A stretch of 64,000 nt of DNA, taken from positions 28,593-92,592 of the forward strand of contig JAJYLB010000011.1 in assembly GCA_021788095.1 (NCBI GenBank). The letters are read 5' to 3'. The stretch's first letter is position 1. The number at the start of each line of letters is the position of its first letter. The notes below the pieces were generated by a model that was not told the DNA's origin, ran no database searches, and was given only the letters and a program-made list of their open reading frames with translations. Both the position numbers and the translations under genes were made by a program. Positions 8,715 through 20,497 of the stretch are shown in pieces. This DNA comes from Acidobacteriota bacterium. Lineage in GTDB: Bacteria; Acidobacteriota; Terriglobia; Acidiferrales; UBA7541.

Positions 8715-9706
8715 CGCCCCGGCACCTCGTACACCCGCACTTCGGCTCCGTGACCGGGCCGGCGCGGAACGGCCACGTAGAGTCGGCCGAGTTCCGGCGC
8801 GAAGAACGAAGTCCGCGCTCCGGGGGCGGTGGGAATACTGCCTAGGCTTCGATAATGGTCCCGGTCTAGCTGCTCGATGACGCTGAGGAAACCCCCGCCG
8901 CCCGAGATGTAAATCCGCTTTCGCGCGGAGTCGTACCAGAGGTCGTCCGAATCGCCAACCGCCGTGAGGTGCGCCACAATGCGGCCGGTGGCCGCATCGA
9001 GAGCCAGAAACTGCGGGGGCCGGCGAGTGACGACGAAGAGCCGTTGATCCTTGGCGTCGAGCGCCATGGGGAAATTCGACCGGTATTCCTGCATGGGCCA
9101 CCGGGCGACGATCGCGCGCTTCGGCCAACTCGCTACGGCGATTTCGCCCGCATCCGGAATGTTGATGTAGATTTTTCCGCCGCCCTTCTCCACTTCGAAC
9201 GCCTCGGGATGGGCTGGGACCGGAATTTTGCCCAGCAGTTTTCCCGTCCGGGAATCCAAGACTCCGATGCCGCCGTCGCCGTAGCCCACGTACACCCGGC
9301 CGCTGGCGGCGTCGTACCGCGTGTCGTCGGCGTCGTCCCCAAAATCCAGCGTAGAGAGGAGCCTGTACGTCGTGCCGTCGAAAATCCTGACCTTGCCGCC
9401 GTCGGCGTTGGCCACGAAGATTTTGTTGGAGTCGGGGGCGTAGGTCACGCCTTGCGGTTCGTGAAGGCCGGTGAGGGTGCGAAGCAGCCGATTGGTTCGC
9501 AGGTCGAGCACTTCCACGGTATTGTTGCCGAGCGCTGAGAGAAACAGTCTTCGGCCTTCGAGGTCGATTCCGTAATGGTCGATTCGCCCTCGCACATTGG
9601 GCAGAGGGATCACCCCGACGAGGTGCAGAGGAGCGGATTCCGGTGCTCGAACGGAAACCCCAATCGCGGCCGCCAAGGCCAGAACTAAGACGGTTCGCAC
9701 GCCCAC
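8711..9706 (-). CDS. secreted YncE/YVTN-type beta-propeller repeat protein
   Basis: Repeated units such as NNTVEVLDLRTNRLLRTL, PQGVTYAPDSNKIFVANADGGKVRIFD and GRVYVGYGDGGIGVLD. A signal-like segment VRTVLVLALAAAIGV follows GTG codons at 9706/9700. The ORF track extends to 9874, so the start is uncertain. Confidence 0.6.
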   Translation of the reverse strand: MGVRTVLVLALAAAIGVSVRAPESAPLHLVGVIPLPNVRGRIDHYGIDLEGRRLFLSALGNNTVEVLDLRTNRLLRTLTGLHEPQGVTYAPDSNKIFVANADGGKVRIFDGTTYRLLSTLDFGDDADDTRYDAASGRVYVGYGDGGIGVLDSRTGKLLGKIPVPAHPEAFEVEKGGGKIYINIPDAGEIAVASWPKRAIVARWPMQEYRSNFPMALDAKDQRLFVVTRRPPQFLALDAATGRIVAHLTAVGDSDDLWYDSARKRIYISGGGGFLSVIEQLDRDHYRSLGSIPTAPGARTSFFAPELGRLYVAVPRRPGHGAEVRVYEVPGR

Positions 9707-9975
9707 TCCTTGCGGTCCCTTCGGAAATTCCTTGCGCCGAAACGCGCGATTCGTCCCGGCGCCTGCCAAAGCACGAAAGCTCCTGGATTCCTGTAGCCGG
9801 ACACACGACCAGCGCCCGGACTGGGGCTGATCTTCGTCCGAGCGGAGCCGATAATACCTCTCGGCGCCGGCCAACGCGCGATTCCCCGGCCCAGGTCAGC
9901 CTCCGACTCTTGCCGCCGCGCCCCACCGGCGGCGAGCGGCGCGCTACGCGCCGGGGGAAATGACCGTCTCGGTGC

Positions 9976-10101
9976 TTACTTCCTCTTCGCCTTCTTCTTC
10001 CGACCCTTCCCCTTTGCCGCCTTTTTCTTTGGTTTCTTCGCCTTCTTCTTCTTTACGACGGCCGCGCGGCCAAAGGCGGGGCCAATGAAGTTTTCCGGCA
10101 T
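9976..10101 (-). CDS. 41-aa lysine-rich small basic protein (MPENFIGPAFGRAAVVKKKKAKKPKKKAAKGKGRKKKAKRK)
   Basis: The ATG at 10101 is preceded by GGAGGAATCACAAG (a Shine-Dalgarno sequence at good spacing). The C-terminal two thirds are K/A/G/R/P low complexity. Confidence 0.4.
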   Translation of the reverse strand: MPENFIGPAFGRAAVVKKKKAKKPKKKAAKGKGRKKKAKRK

Positions 10102-10302
10102 CTTGTGATTCCTCCCTCTTCCCGTTCGCCACCCAAGTTGCGAGATGGCCTCGGCAAACTGCTCCATCCAAAACTGGCCCTTTCTATAGGGAGGTTACCG
10201 CAAATTGTCAAGAGAATTCGGAGAATTCGGAGCGCAGAGGCAAGGCGCTTGCGCACGCCGTCCTGGACATCTACACTTGCGCAACCCCCAGGGGGAATTG
10301 CC

Positions 10303-10845
10303 ATGAAGCGATCCGTATTCTGCGGCGTGAGCCTTGACGGCTTCCTGGCCCGGCCAAACGACTCGTTCGACTTCTTGTTTGCAGGCGGGGCCAAGCCCCA
10401 TGATTTCGAGGAATTCTACGCCAGCGTCGACGTCGTGGTCCTCGGGCGCAGGACCTTCGAAGTCGTGCTGAAGCTCGGCCATATGTCGCTTTACGGCAAG
10501 AAGCCGGTGGTCGTGTTGAGCAGCCATCCGCTCGATTTCTCGACGGTCAAGAACGCCGCGGTCGAACAGATGTCGGGGGAACCCACCGATATCGTAAAGC
10601 GGCTCGAAGCGCGCGGATTCCAGCACGCCTATATCGACGGCGGCGTCACCATCCAGCGATTCCTCGCGGCCGGTCTCGTCGACCGCTTGACGGTCACGCG
10701 GGTACCGGTTTTGATCGGCGCGGGGATTCCGCTGTTTGGCTCGGTGCCAGGCGACATCACGCTACGGCATGTGGCCACGCGTGCTTACAAGGATGGACTC
10801 GTGCAGAGCGAATACGAGATCGGCGGCGGGGCCGAGGAGCGGTGA
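10303..10845 (+). CDS. dihydrofolate-reductase-like protein (RibD C-terminal domain family)
   Basis: From ATG 10303: MKRSVFCGVSLDGFLARPND, VVLGRRTFE, AYIDGGVTIQRFLAAGLVDRLTVTRVPVLIGAGIPLF. Confidence 0.75.
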   Translation: MKRSVFCGVSLDGFLARPNDSFDFLFAGGAKPHDFEEFYASVDVVVLGRRTFEVVLKLGHMSLYGKKPVVVLSSHPLDFSTVKNAAVEQMSGEPTDIVKRLEARGFQHAYIDGGVTIQRFLAAGLVDRLTVTRVPVLIGAGIPLFGSVPGDITLRHVATRAYKDGLVQSEYEIGGGAEER

Positions 10846-10946
10846 GGGAGCCGTCTGCTAAGGGCGCCAGCGCTCATATTTTGGCGGTGGCCTATGCCTC
10901 CTGATAGGCGCCGCTGCCAGAAAGGGAGTGGAGATTTCTCCCGCGA

Positions 10947-11501
10947 ATGATGGCACTTGTGATTTTCCTGCGCGGCGTGAACGTCGGAGGTCACCGAACG
11001 TTTCGCCCCAGTCTCCTCGCCAAGAAACTGCGCGCTTACGACGTCGTCAATATCGGCGCTGCCGGCACCTTCGTCGTCCGCCGACCCCCATCGAAGGCGA
11101 AATTCGCCGCCACCTTGCGGCGGGAGTTGCCCTTCGTGGCGGAAGTAGTGCTGTGCGAGGGCCGGGAAATCCTCCGCCTCGCTGCGGAGAATCCCTTTGG
11201 GGCCGAGCCGGCGCCGCCCGGTAGAGTTCGCTTTGTAAGCCTGTTGGCGAAAGCCGCCCGCCTCCATCCGGCCCTTCCCCTCGCGCTTCCGCCCGGCGGC
11301 GAGTGGCTGCTGCGAGTCCTCGCGCGAAAGGACCGATTCGTTCTGGGGGAGTATCGCCGCCATATGAAGACGATCGGGTATCTAGGTCAACTGGACAAGA
11401 TCTTCGGAGTACCGGCGACAACGCGGAATTGGAACACCATCGTTGCGGTCGTGCGGATTTTGAGAGATGGGAAGAAGGGGGCCGGGACGCCAGGCGAGTA
11501 G
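10947..11501 (+). CDS. DUF1697 family protein
   Basis: The N-terminus MALVIFLRGVNVGGHRTFRPSLL is characteristic of DUF1697. Confidence 0.7.
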   Translation: MMALVIFLRGVNVGGHRTFRPSLLAKKLRAYDVVNIGAAGTFVVRRPPSKAKFAATLRRELPFVAEVVLCEGREILRLAAENPFGAEPAPPGRVRFVSLLAKAARLHPALPLALPPGGEWLLRVLARKDRFVLGEYRRHMKTIGYLGQLDKIFGVPATTRNWNTIVAVVRILRDGKKGAGTPGE

Positions 11502-11561
11502 ACGGCAAAAGACCGCGGGCAACGTGCCGGGGCTACAACTGCAACGCACGGGTGGCGCGGG

Positions 11562-13556
11562 TCAGGGCAGGACGTTCAAGGCCGGCTCCGGGCGGATCCA
11601 CTCGCGCCCGGCGGTCAGCGGCGAATTCGGCGTCGCCAGTTCCGCCATCAGTGCCGGCTTCGCCACCGCCAAGGGCACGAACCAGCCGTCCAGTATCACG
11701 GCCAGCCGATCTTCGATGGCCCGTGCGGCGACGGCATTCGAAGCGCGCGGCTGCGGCGTGAGCAGCAGCGCCGCCTCGTCTCGCGTCAGTTTTCGCGGGC
11801 TTTGGATTCGCGCCACCTGCCGGGTGTCGACCAAAACGTATTTTCCATCCGCTTCCGAAATCCGTAACTCCTCCCCAGGCTGTTTCCCGTCGCTCCACGA
11901 GCTGCGCCAGCGGGCGACGGCGCCGAGCAACCGCTCGATCACGTCCACGCGGCGGTGCGACCCGCTGGCGTACTCCCCGGTAAAGTGGTAAGCGATGCGG
12001 GCAACGTCCGCCTGTTTCGGGAGAAAATCGGCGTAGTCGGGAACTGGCCGCAGATTCTTCACTCCAAACTGTTTGGCGTCGTCGAAGTAGGGGCTGAACC
12101 GGTCGATGCTGATATGCCAAAGCGCCTCGGGAGGAGGCAGGTGGTGAAGCAGGGGAACGAGCCCGAGAGTCTCCTCGTACGCTTCGGCTTCGTCGCCGGG
12201 AAATCCCCAGAGCAGGTTCCAGGCAATCGCGATGCCCGTAGCGCGCGCGTAGCGCAGCAACGCCACGTTTTGTCGCGCCGAGACACCCTTCCTCATCCGC
12301 TCGAGAAGCCGCGTCGACAGCGCTTCGATTCCCGGCTGAATCGACCGCACACCCGCTTGCGCGAGCGCCACCATCTGTGCGAGAGACAGGTTCGCCTTCT
12401 GCTCGTAAAAAATCTGGAGCTGCCTGCTTTCCCCCGCCAAACGCGGAACGAGCGTCTGGAAGTAGCGGTGGGGCATGATGTTGTCGGTCATGGAGACGTG
12501 CCGCGTCGGGTACGCCCCGAGCCGCCGCAAGTCTTCGAGCACGCGCTCGGGCGATTTTTGCCGGAAGGCCATCCCCTCGCCGTTCAGCCCGCAAAACGTG
12601 CAGTGGTGTTTCTCGCCCCACCAGCATCCCCGGCTCGTCTCGTACAGCAGCACGGTCTCGCTCTCCGGGGTCAAGCTGTCCGGTAGGAACCGCCTGCGCT
12701 GCTCGAAAAACTCGGCGAAGTCGGGGAGCGGCAGGCGATCGAGGTCGCGGCAAAGTTGTCCGGGGAGGATTCGCTCGGCCGGCAGCGTTCCACCGAGCGC
12801 CGCCCGCAGGAACGCGGGAAACGCCTCTTCGCTCTCCCCGGAAAAGACGTAATCGATTCCCGCGTCGAGCCGCGCCAGCCCGCGGCCCATCTCTCCTTCG
12901 CAGTTGGCTCCGCCAAGCACCGTGACGATCGCCGCGTTTCGCCGCTTCACCCGCCGCAGAATCGCTATGCTGGCCGCTGTCTGCTCGAATACCGTCGTGC
13001 AGCCGACCACCGGGTATCCCCGCGCCGCTGCCGCCGCGGCCACGGCGCGGGCAAGCTCCGCCGCCCACGGCTCCTGCCGGCGCAGGTTCCCGAGTGTGAG
13101 CGCGTCGCGCGAGGCGGTAGCGGGCCCGAGGTCGACGTCGGCATCTCCAGGTATCTTCCAGGGAGGATCGAACATCCTCCCGGCGCGTCGGCCCAGTGGC
13201 GGGGCTCCAAACGCCGCGCGGGCGAAGAAGCGTTCGCCGGCGAGCGAGCCGGTTGGCGCGTCGGCAATGCGGCCGTAAACCTCCTCGCCCAGCACGGCAG
13301 CGAGAAGGAAATTGGCGTAAAGGATTTTGACGCGCCAGCCGGCCTCGCGGCAGCAGGCCTGGAGCAGATGAATGCCGAGCGCGGGATGGCGCAACCCGGC
13401 GAAGGGAGGAACGATGAGCAGGACGTCGGCCTCGCCCAGGGTTTCGGCGAGCGCCTCCTCGAGAAACCGGCGTTTCCGCGCGCGGCCATTCACGCGGCGC
13501 CCTCCGCGCCGGCCGGGCCGCGCGCTCGGCTTGGTTCCCTGGCGCCGCAACCCCAA
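11562..13556 (-). CDS. B12-binding-domain radical SAM enzyme of the RiPP-maturation C-methyltransferase-like class
   Basis: N-terminal B12-like domain (DVLLIVPPFAGLRHPALGIHLLQACCREAGWRVKILYANF). The cluster motif ETSRGCWWGEKHHCTFCGLNG is typical of that class. The Arg-rich first ~30 aa suggest the real start may be later. Confidence 0.75.
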   Translation of the reverse strand: MGLRRQGTKPSARPGRRGGRRVNGRARKRRFLEEALAETLGEADVLLIVPPFAGLRHPALGIHLLQACCREAGWRVKILYANFLLAAVLGEEVYGRIADAPTGSLAGERFFARAAFGAPPLGRRAGRMFDPPWKIPGDADVDLGPATASRDALTLGNLRRQEPWAAELARAVAAAAAARGYPVVGCTTVFEQTAASIAILRRVKRRNAAIVTVLGGANCEGEMGRGLARLDAGIDYVFSGESEEAFPAFLRAALGGTLPAERILPGQLCRDLDRLPLPDFAEFFEQRRRFLPDSLTPESETVLLYETSRGCWWGEKHHCTFCGLNGEGMAFRQKSPERVLEDLRRLGAYPTRHVSMTDNIMPHRYFQTLVPRLAGESRQLQIFYEQKANLSLAQMVALAQAGVRSIQPGIEALSTRLLERMRKGVSARQNVALLRYARATGIAIAWNLLWGFPGDEAEAYEETLGLVPLLHHLPPPEALWHISIDRFSPYFDDAKQFGVKNLRPVPDYADFLPKQADVARIAYHFTGEYASGSHRRVDVIERLLGAVARWRSSWSDGKQPGEELRISEADGKYVLVDTRQVARIQSPRKLTRDEAALLLTPQPRASNAVAARAIEDRLAVILDGWFVPLAVAKPALMAELATPNSPLTAGREWIRPEPALNVLP

Positions 13557-13557
13557 C

Positions 13558-15987
13558 TCAGTGCTCCAAACTCGTGCCGCCCAGCAGGCCCATCTTGGCC
13601 AGAAGCGCCTGGAATCGCGGATCGGATCGCAGGCCGTCGAACATCGGCTCCGGACGTATCAGGGGCAGCAGCAAGTCGTGCCGCTGGTAAGCCAATTCGA
13701 GCGAGGCAATCGCTTGGTCTTTCTCCCCGAGACCCAATTCGGCCAGAGCGAGGAAGTAGGGCGACGGGGGAATGCCGGCCGGGCCGCGCTTCAAGGCGCC
13801 GAAAGTGCGTTGGGCCTCGGCCCGCTTTCCCGCGCGCGCGTAGGCGAAAGTGAGCGCGGCCAACGCATCCTCATTCCCGGAAACTAGGGCGTTGGCCTTC
13901 TCCAGCATGGCGATGCCCTCCGCCAGGTTCCCTTCCTCCACCTCCACGGTACCGGCTCGGTATTCAGCCGCGAAATAGCTCGGATTGGCCGCGAGCGTTT
14001 TCCGCAGCGCCTCTCCCGCCTCAGGATACTGCCGCGCCCAGTAGAGTATCTGGCCAACGTAGGCGCCCGCCAGCGCGGATAGGGGATCGAGCCGCGCCGC
14101 GCGCTTCGCCTCCGCCACCGCCTCCTCGGTTCGGCCTATTTCCACCAGCATGAACGAATGCCATTCCCGGGCCCCGGCGTCGCCGGGATCGAGTGCGAGC
14201 GCCCGCTGAAAATCGGCTTCCGCCTGGCTCCAATCCCAGCGGGTCTGATCGATGAAGGCCAGCGCGGCATAGGCTCCGGCTTGGTTCGGGTCGATAGCTA
14301 GCGCCGCTTGCGCCGCCGCCTTCGCCTTCCGCAGGCCTTCCTCCTGATCCATCCAGCCGTCGCCCGCCGCCTCCACGTACGCTTGCGCCAAACCCGCGTA
14401 CCCCTGCGCGTATTTCGGATCGTCCTTCACGGCCTGCTGGAGGTAATTGAGGCCCACCAACGCCCCTTCCCGATTCACCATTTGCGAGTAGTAGCGGCCC
14501 TTGAGATAGGCTTCGAAGGCCCGGGGATCGACCGCCTTCGCGCTGCCGAGCCGCGCCTGCACGTCCGGCTCGAGCTGAGCGCGAATCTGGCGGGCGATGT
14601 CGCCCGCCACGCGGTTTTGCAGGGCGATCACGTCTTTCAGGTTGCCGTCGTAGCTCTCGGCCCACAGGTTCTCGTCGGTCGAGGGCTGGATCAATTGCGC
14701 CGAGATGCGCACCTCACCGCCCGCGCTCAGCACCGTGCCCTCGACGATGGCTGAAACCCCCAGGTCCTTCGCGATGCGCGCCACCGGTTCGGTGGTGTTT
14801 CGGAAGCGCATCACCGACGTTCGTGCGATCACCCGCAGCCCGCCGATCTCGGAAAGCGTGGTGATCAGCTCGTCGGTCATGCCGTCGGCGAAATATAGCT
14901 GGTGAGGATCGCCCGAGAGATTTTCCAGCGGCAGGACGGCAATCGAGTGGATGGCCTGCCCGGCGGGGCGCGCGGCGGGCAGCGGCGCGGTTCCAGACCG
15001 AAACAGCAGGAGGGCTGCCGCGGCCACGGCCGCCGCCACGGCCACGCCGGCCGCGAGGGCGTACCAGAGCTTCTTCCGCGAGCGCGGGGGAAGGGCGACC
15101 GGCTCGGCCACGGTCTCGGTGCGGGGCGAGGCCAGCCGCCGCAAATCCACCTCCAACTCCCGCGCGGATTGGTATCGGTCTTGGGGATCTTTTTCCAGGC
15201 ACTTGAGGACGATGCGCTCGAATTCCGGCGACAGACTCCCTTCGATGGCCCGCGGGGAGACGGGCGGCCGCTGCAAGATCGCCTGGACCAGTCGCGGCGC
15301 CGACTTCTCCTGAAATGCGCGGCGCCCGGTCGTTATCTCGTAAAGAATCAGCCCGAGCGCGTAGATGTCGATCCGCGAGTCCACCTCTTCCCCGGTGAAC
15401 TGCTCCGGCGCCATATAGGCGGGCGTGCCCAACGCGCCGCGAGTCGCCGTCACATCCTGGGTGACGCCCTCGTCTCCCACCGGGTGAAGCAGCTTCGCCA
15501 AGCCGAAGTCGAGCACCTTCGCCGTGCCCTTTGGCGTCAGCATCACGTTTCCCGGCTTCAGGTCGCGATGAATCACCCCGTGGCTGTGGGCTTCTTCGAG
15601 CGCCGAGGCAATCTGCAAGCCCAGCGTCGCCGCCTGCTTTTCCGGCAGAAATCCCGAAGCAATTCGCGCCCCGAGCGTGGGTCCGGCGACGTATTCCATC
15701 ACCAGGAAATCGATTCCCTCCTGGGTATCGAAGTCGTAGATGGCGCCGATATTGGGGTGGTTCAGCCGCGCCAGGGCCACGGCCTCTTTCCGGAATCGCG
15801 CTCGCCCCTGGTCGCCGCCCACCGCCGCCGGATTCAGAATTTTGAGCGCGACGTCCCGGTCGAGTCGCCCATCGTGCGCCCGGTAGACGGTGCCCATACC
15901 GCCGGCTCCGGCTTCTTCCAGCACCTGGTAGCGGCCCAGTTGTTTGCCGATCATGGAAGGGAAATGCCCGCGCGCGAATCCTAGCAA
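13558..15987 (-). CDS. membrane Ser/Thr protein kinase with TolB-N-like and TPR domains
   Basis: Hanks kinase motifs GAGGMGTVYRA, VALKIL, HRDLKPGNVML, DFGLAK and GTPAYMAPE. One TM segment (LWYALAAGVAVAAAVAAAALLLF), then IAVLPLENLSGDP and multiple TPR repeats. Confidence 0.85.
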   Translation of the reverse strand: MLGFARGHFPSMIGKQLGRYQVLEEAGAGGMGTVYRAHDGRLDRDVALKILNPAAVGGDQGRARFRKEAVALARLNHPNIGAIYDFDTQEGIDFLVMEYVAGPTLGARIASGFLPEKQAATLGLQIASALEEAHSHGVIHRDLKPGNVMLTPKGTAKVLDFGLAKLLHPVGDEGVTQDVTATRGALGTPAYMAPEQFTGEEVDSRIDIYALGLILYEITTGRRAFQEKSAPRLVQAILQRPPVSPRAIEGSLSPEFERIVLKCLEKDPQDRYQSARELEVDLRRLASPRTETVAEPVALPPRSRKKLWYALAAGVAVAAAVAAAALLLFRSGTAPLPAARPAGQAIHSIAVLPLENLSGDPHQLYFADGMTDELITTLSEIGGLRVIARTSVMRFRNTTEPVARIAKDLGVSAIVEGTVLSAGGEVRISAQLIQPSTDENLWAESYDGNLKDVIALQNRVAGDIARQIRAQLEPDVQARLGSAKAVDPRAFEAYLKGRYYSQMVNREGALVGLNYLQQAVKDDPKYAQGYAGLAQAYVEAAGDGWMDQEEGLRKAKAAAQAALAIDPNQAGAYAALAFIDQTRWDWSQAEADFQRALALDPGDAGAREWHSFMLVEIGRTEEAVAEAKRAARLDPLSALAGAYVGQILYWARQYPEAGEALRKTLAANPSYFAAEYRAGTVEVEEGNLAEGIAMLEKANALVSGNEDALAALTFAYARAGKRAEAQRTFGALKRGPAGIPPSPYFLALAELGLGEKDQAIASLELAYQRHDLLLPLIRPEPMFDGLRSDPRFQALLAKMGLLGGTSLEH

Positions 15988-16078
15988 AAATCGCGGGCGC
16001 TAGCTACTTCCGCGCGACGCGTGTGTCCCCGCGACGGGTGGCCTGGGAGAAGCACTCCACCTCAAAGCCAAGGCGCGA

Positions 16079-16588
16079 TTGACGCGGGAGCTGGAAGAAC
16101 TCCGCCGGGAGCGCGCGGAGGTTCGCAAAACGCTTCGCGCCGTGGAAAGAGGCGATCTCACGGTGCGCGCCTCGACGCCCGGCTCGCCCAGCGAGGTGGT
16201 GCGGTCGCTGAACAACGTCATTGCCATGAACGAGCGGGAGGCGGGCAAATTCGAACGCGTCAGCCGCGTGGTGGGCAAGGAAGGCAAATTGATGGCGCGA
16301 GCCTCGGTGAAGGGTGCGCGCGGCTCCTGGGGGACTTCCGTCTCCTCGGTTAACACCCTGATCGGCGACCTCGTCCAGGCCACCATCGAAGTGGCGCGTG
16401 TGATTGGAGAGGTGGCCAAAGGCAATCTCTCCCGCACCATGCCCATGGCAATCGAGAGCCGGCCGGTGAAGGGCGCTTTCCTTCAAATGGCCGAGACGAT
16501 CAACACGATGGTGGGTCACCTCAAGGCTTTCGCCTCCAGCGGGAATCCAGTCCGGTCAACGCACCGATTCTCCCGGTCGTCTCCGTGA
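16079..16588 (+). pseudogene. remnant of a multi-HAMP sensor kinase (HAMP repeats only, truncated at both ends)
   Basis: RVSRVVGKEGKLMARASVKGARGSWGTSVSSVNTLIGDLVQATIEVARVIGEVAKGNLSRTM...FLQMAETINTMVGHLKAF matches the repeated HAMP unit of very large sensor kinases. No kinase, TM or receiver part is present. From 16538 the frame runs into a copy of the agcgggaatccagtcc repeat. Confidence 0.55.
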
Positions 16589-16760
16589 AACTCCGTGCCG
16601 AAGACCAGCAAGCCGTTGCCTGAAGAAGCCGCCGGGCGTATTCTACCCATCCGTCGGAAATCCGAATGGAAATTTCCGATCCCATTTCCGATCCAGGGCG
16701 CTACCCGCCATCGCAGGTTTCGCTTCCGCCAGCCGTTCACCATACCGGGAGATTCCCACC

Positions 16761-17705
16761 ATGCCAAAAGACGTGCGGGATTTCGTTTATTGGGTGTTGT
16801 CCAAACCGGCCGTAGGCCGCACCCTGGGGCGAGCGGGGATGCGCGCGGGATTCGCGCGAAGATTCGTCGCGGGAGAAACGATCGAGGAAGCCCTGGCGGC
16901 CAGCCGTAACCTCGGCGCCGGCGGCCGGCGCGTCATCCTGAATCATCTCGGAGAAAACGTCGCGAGCGAGGCGCAGGCGCGGGCGGCGGCCGCCGCCTAC
17001 GTCGAAATGCTGGGCCGGATACGCGCCAGCTCGATCGACGCCCATATCGCGCTCAAGCTGACCCATCTCGGGCTCGACCTCGGCCGCGAACTGGCCACCG
17101 AACTCACGGCGGCCGTCGCCGCGCGGGCGCGTGAGTTGGGGCTCGGCGTCGAAATAGACATGGAAGCCTCGGCCTACACCTCGGCCACCCTCGACGTGTT
17201 CGAGGCGGTGCGGCGCAAATTCGAAAACGTCGCCTTGGCCATCCAGTGCTACCTGCGGCGGAGCGAAGCCGATCTCGAGCGGCTCGCGCCGCTCGCGCCG
17301 AAGATCCGGCTGGTGAAAGGAGCCTATCGCGAGCCGCCGGAGCTCGCTTTCCCGACGAAGGAGGAGGTCGACGCCAGCTTCCGGCGGCTGCTCGATCGCC
17401 TCTTCGACGGGCCGTTCTTCCCCGCCATCGGCACGCACGATCCGCAACTGGTCGACTACGCGGAACGGCGTATCCGCGAGCGGAAGCTCGCGCCCGACCG
17501 GTACGAATTCCAGATGCTGTTCGGCGTGCGGCGGGATCTGCAGAGCAAGCTGCGCGCCCAGGGGCATCCGCTCCGCATCTACGTCCCCTTCGGCACCGAG
17601 TGGTTTCCCTACTTCATGCGGCGGCTGGTGGAGCGGCCGGCGAACACGCTCTTCGTCCTCCGCTCGCTCGTGGCCGAGGAATTCCGGCGCCCGCGCGCGT
17701 CGTGA
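16761..17705 (+). CDS. monofunctional proline dehydrogenase
   Basis: Motifs RLVKGAYREP, IGTHDPQLV, YEFQMLFGVRRDLQ, LRIYVPFGTEWFPYFMRRLVERPAN. Confidence 0.85.
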   Translation: MPKDVRDFVYWVLSKPAVGRTLGRAGMRAGFARRFVAGETIEEALAASRNLGAGGRRVILNHLGENVASEAQARAAAAAYVEMLGRIRASSIDAHIALKLTHLGLDLGRELATELTAAVAARARELGLGVEIDMEASAYTSATLDVFEAVRRKFENVALAIQCYLRRSEADLERLAPLAPKIRLVKGAYREPPELAFPTKEEVDASFRRLLDRLFDGPFFPAIGTHDPQLVDYAERRIRERKLAPDRYEFQMLFGVRRDLQSKLRAQGHPLRIYVPFGTEWFPYFMRRLVERPANTLFVLRSLVAEEFRRPRAS

Positions 17706-17719
17706 CTACCCGCCGCGGC

Positions 17720-20050
<2,331 letters not shown>

Positions 20051-20476
20051 CTAACGGGAAGCGCGCCGCGGGGCGCACCGGGTGCAGAGCCCCCGGAAAA
20101 TCAGCTCGCACTCGCGAAGGTTCCGCCTGCCGAGCGCGCCCGAAGCAGGCTTGGGCACGTCGTACCACCCCACGTCCTCGACATTTCCGCAGCAGTCGCA
20201 GATGAAGTGATGGTGGCGCGCGCCTCTCGCGTCGAACCGGGCGGCGCGCCCCTCGACCGCCACTTCGCGCACCAGACCCGCCTGCACCAAATCCCGCAGA
20301 TTGTTGTACGTCGTAGCCCGCGAAGAGCGCGGATTCGCCCGGTTCACCGCCTGGAAGATCTCCGCGGCCGTCGGGTGCCGCTTGCACTCCGTCAAAAATG
20401 CCATCACGGCATAGCGCTGCGGCGTGCACCGCAACCCGCTCCCCTCGAGCGACCGTCGAATCGCCGTAGCGCCCAT
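20051..20476 (-). CDS. fur: Fur-family (FurA/PerR-like) transcriptional regulator upstream of katG
   Basis: Motifs LRCTPQRYAVMAFL, the winged helix ATTYNNLRDLVQAGLV, and metal sites HHHFICDCCG and CTRC. It lies 42 nt upstream of katG. Confidence 0.85.
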   Translation of the reverse strand: MGATAIRRSLEGSGLRCTPQRYAVMAFLTECKRHPTAAEIFQAVNRANPRSSRATTYNNLRDLVQAGLVREVAVEGRAARFDARGARHHHFICDCCGNVEDVGWYDVPKPASGALGRRNLRECELIFRGLCTRCAPRRASR

Positions 20477-20482
20477 GCATTG

Positions 20483-20497
20483 TTAGAATCTATCTAA
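20483..20497. promoter_or_regulatory. AT-rich inverted repeat TTAGAatctaTCTAA, candidate Fur/PerR operator
   Basis: This is the only strongly AT-rich patch (attgttagaatctatctaatatgac) in a GC-rich region, immediately upstream of the fur start codon. Confidence 0.3.

Noticed and set aside
7230-9926. 898-aa minus-strand ORF spanning the MFS transporter and the beta-propeller gene
   Set aside because: It is Arg/Pro/Gly/Ala-rich with no domain-like motifs. It lies antisense to a well-supported MFS gene and out of frame with the propeller gene. This is a typical high-GC shadow ORF.
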